Below are positions 62,429 through 64,000 of a stretch of 64,000 nt of DNA, in pieces (position 1 is the first letter of the stretch; every line of letters begins with the position of its first letter). The DNA is taken from the NCBI GenBank assembly GCA_035511075.1, contig DATKFW010000136.1:48539-112538 (forward strand), read 5' to 3'. Position numbers and translations under genes: made by a program. Under the pieces are notes generated by a model that was not told the origin of the DNA, made no database searches, and was given only the letters and a program-made list of their open reading frames with translations. The DNA comes from Vulcanimicrobiaceae bacterium (GTDB taxonomy: Bacteria > Verrucomicrobiota > Verrucomicrobiia > Limisphaerales > Palsa-1400).

Positions 62429-63040
62429 ATGGATGCGGACGACGAACTGAAAACGGAGACCGACGAGGAGTTGGCGCGGCAAACGCAGGGCGGATCGCTG
62501 GCCGCATTCGAGAAGCTGGTGGTGCGTTACGAGCAGCGGGTGTTCGCCTTCGCGATGCAATGGAGGCGCAATCCGACCGATGCCCGGGAAGTAACGCAGG
62601 ACACTTTCGTGCGGGCTTTCCAGGCGATTTCACAATTGAATTGCCGGCTGGCGTTTGCGCCGTGGCTCTTCGCGATTGCGCGACGCAAGTGCATCGATTC
62701 GTTTCGCGCCCAACGCCCGATGAACGATGAGCCGCCCCCGGAACAACCGGACTTCAACGACCCGGCGGAATTGCTGGCCAGGGAGGAGGACCGCCAGGAC
62801 ACGTGGCGGATCGCGCGGCGGCATCTTCCGGACACGCAATTTCAGGCCATCTGGCTGCGATACGTGGAGGAGATGAACGTGCCGGACATCGCGCGGGCGA
62901 TGGGAAAAACACAAATCGCCGTCCGGGTGATCCTGTTTCGCGCGCGCCAGGCGCTGGCCACAAAACTGGACCGGGCGGGCCGGGAAGCGCGGCGGGAACC
63001 GGCGCCATTGCCATCGCTTGCACGCGGAGGAAATCCATGA
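62429..63040 (+). CDS. ECF (sigma-70 family group 4) sigma factor
   Basis: 203 aa. Region 2: FEKLVVRYEQRVFAFAMQWRRNPTDAREVTQDTFVRAF. Region 4: FQAIWLRYVEEMNVPDIARAMGKTQIAVRVILFRARQAL. Confidence 0.9.
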   Translation: MDADDELKTETDEELARQTQGGSLAAFEKLVVRYEQRVFAFAMQWRRNPTDAREVTQDTFVRAFQAISQLNCRLAFAPWLFAIARRKCIDSFRAQRPMNDEPPPEQPDFNDPAELLAREEDRQDTWRIARRHLPDTQFQAIWLRYVEEMNVPDIARAMGKTQIAVRVILFRARQALATKLDRAGREARREPAPLPSLARGGNP

Positions 63041-63552
63041 AAAAGTTATTGACGAAATTCAAGTTGTCCAACGCTCTCGATCGGGAAGGCGGGGGACCGG
63101 TCCCGGATTCGGCACAGGAGAACGTCGGGGCCTGCGCGGAATTGCGCGATTTTGCGGAACGAACGGCGGCGGTGCACCGCGCCTTGCGGCGGCGGCCCGA
63201 CGTCGCCGCCGCCGATGGGACGCTGCACGATTCGATCATGCGCGTTGTCCGCGCCAGCGCGGCGGAATCCGCTCCGAGGCGCGCGCCGGCGAGACTGGGC
63301 TTTGCGATGGGGGCGGCGGCGGCGGTGGCGGCCATTGGCATCTGGCTGGCAGAGCGTCCGGCGGCGCCAAGCGCGCCCGCGGCGGTTTCCCACGCGCAGA
63401 CGTTCGCGGCGGCCCAAGCGGTTCTTGACATGGGCGGGGAACTGTCGCGCACGGTTCCGTCGGCGGTAGTCGCGCCCCTGTCGAACGAATGGGCCTGCGT
63501 CGATCACGACATCCGGGACACGACGCGATTTGTGCTGGCAGTGCTGCCGTAG
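63037..63552 (+). CDS. Putative anti-sigma factor (single-pass membrane protein)
   Basis: I moved the start to MKKLLTKFKLSNALD (ATG at 63037), which forms an ATGA overlap with the sigma gene stop. One TM helix (LGFAMGAAAAVAAIGIWLA). The call rests on position. Confidence 0.55.
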   Translation: MKKLLTKFKLSNALDREGGGPVPDSAQENVGACAELRDFAERTAAVHRALRRRPDVAAADGTLHDSIMRVVRASAAESAPRRAPARLGFAMGAAAAVAAIGIWLAERPAAPSAPAAVSHAQTFAAAQAVLDMGGELSRTVPSAVVAPLSNEWACVDHDIRDTTRFVLAVLP

Positions 63553-63898
63553 TTCTTATCCGACAAAATTCATATACAACCGATACGTAAACGGATCGGC
63601 CACCTGTCTGAACGGGGATTTCCCAAAGGGAGGTCTGAGGTAGCAGCTCCCAGGCCGAATGCCAGTGTTATTTCCAAGATTTTTTGGCACCCTTGTCTGA
63701 CTGCGTATAAAGTGAGTCGGTTTCGCCAGTCAATTCGGGGAATGCTGAACGAGTCAAACATGCGCCAAATGCAGAAAGGATCGCCCGCGACCCCAAGACT
63801 TAGTCTTCTCCAACTGCTCGCGCACAATTTGCCACTTGGCCACTCCCGATTTGCTGGCCGGCTTTTTGTTTAGCATTGCGATGTCCCGAGTTTTCAAG

Positions 63899-64000
63899 TC
63901 ATTTCGATTTGGCCTGGGCCAATTGCGATACCATCGCTTTGAGTTCGTCAACGCTTTGCTTGAGTTTTTGAATCTCAGCGTCCTTTTCTTCCAGTTTTTC
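63899..64000 (-). CDS. 3' end of a coiled-coil protein gene running out of the window
   Basis: My own translation of the minus strand from the window edge: EKLEEKDAEIQKLKQSVDELKAMVSQLAQAKSK*. It is only 33 codons, so identity is unknown. Confidence 0.25.
   Translation of the reverse strand, partial: EKLEEKDAEIQKLKQSVDELKAMVSQLAQAKSK

Noticed and set aside
1-64000. Scan for CRISPR arrays, rRNA genes, transposases, integrases, reverse transcriptases (DGR) and invertases
   Set aside because: I found none by eye in any frame. The mobile-element statements above therefore rest only on repeats and duplications, not on recombinase genes.

Overview
GC-rich chromosome segment from a diderm bacterium. 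BamA/Skp are present, and the gene content and dispersed CACRGA-type repeats suggest the PVC/Verrucomicrobiota group, but that placement is a low-confidence inference. Nt 1-16.2 kb is housekeeping: gltB (5' truncated by the window edge), gltD, clpB, a tightly packed dnaB-bamA-skp run, a ThuA-like protein, and a cdd-deoA-nupC nucleoside salvage operon. Nt 16.2-23 kb is a small accessory patch: higBA, a MerR-cupin fusion, an SDR gene frameshifted in a G6 tract, SdpI-like and DUF1360 membrane proteins, a small MACCG protein, and a pentapeptide-like repeat membrane protein bracketed by a duplicated gene end. The dominant feature (23.1-59.2 kb, minus strand) is a roughly 36-kb contractile injection system (eCIS / phage-tail-like) locus with no capsid, portal, terminase, lysis or integrase genes. 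It is a 24-gene operon that opens with a NusG-family paralogue and continues with a DUF4255 cap, two sheath-tube pairs, a LysM tube initiator, a split gpD hub and gpV spike, gp25, Baseplate_J and an NHL-Tail_P2_I fusion. It then encodes three paralogous fibre-like proteins that share a Cys-rich N-terminal module, a tape-measure candidate, a double AAA+ ATPase and two DUF4157 cargo/effector candidates. Upstream lie an input-domain-less sigma-54 enhancer-binding protein, a small winged-helix-like protein and two candidate -24/-12 promoters. The right flank holds tRNA-Thr(UGU), whose leader and 5' half are duplicated 1.06 kb upstream around a decayed antitoxin/PIN/cupin remnant, followed by a DUF3592 protein and a secreted-protein / ECF sigma / anti-sigma operon. 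All calls come from reading the ORF translations and the DNA by eye. No database searches were run.
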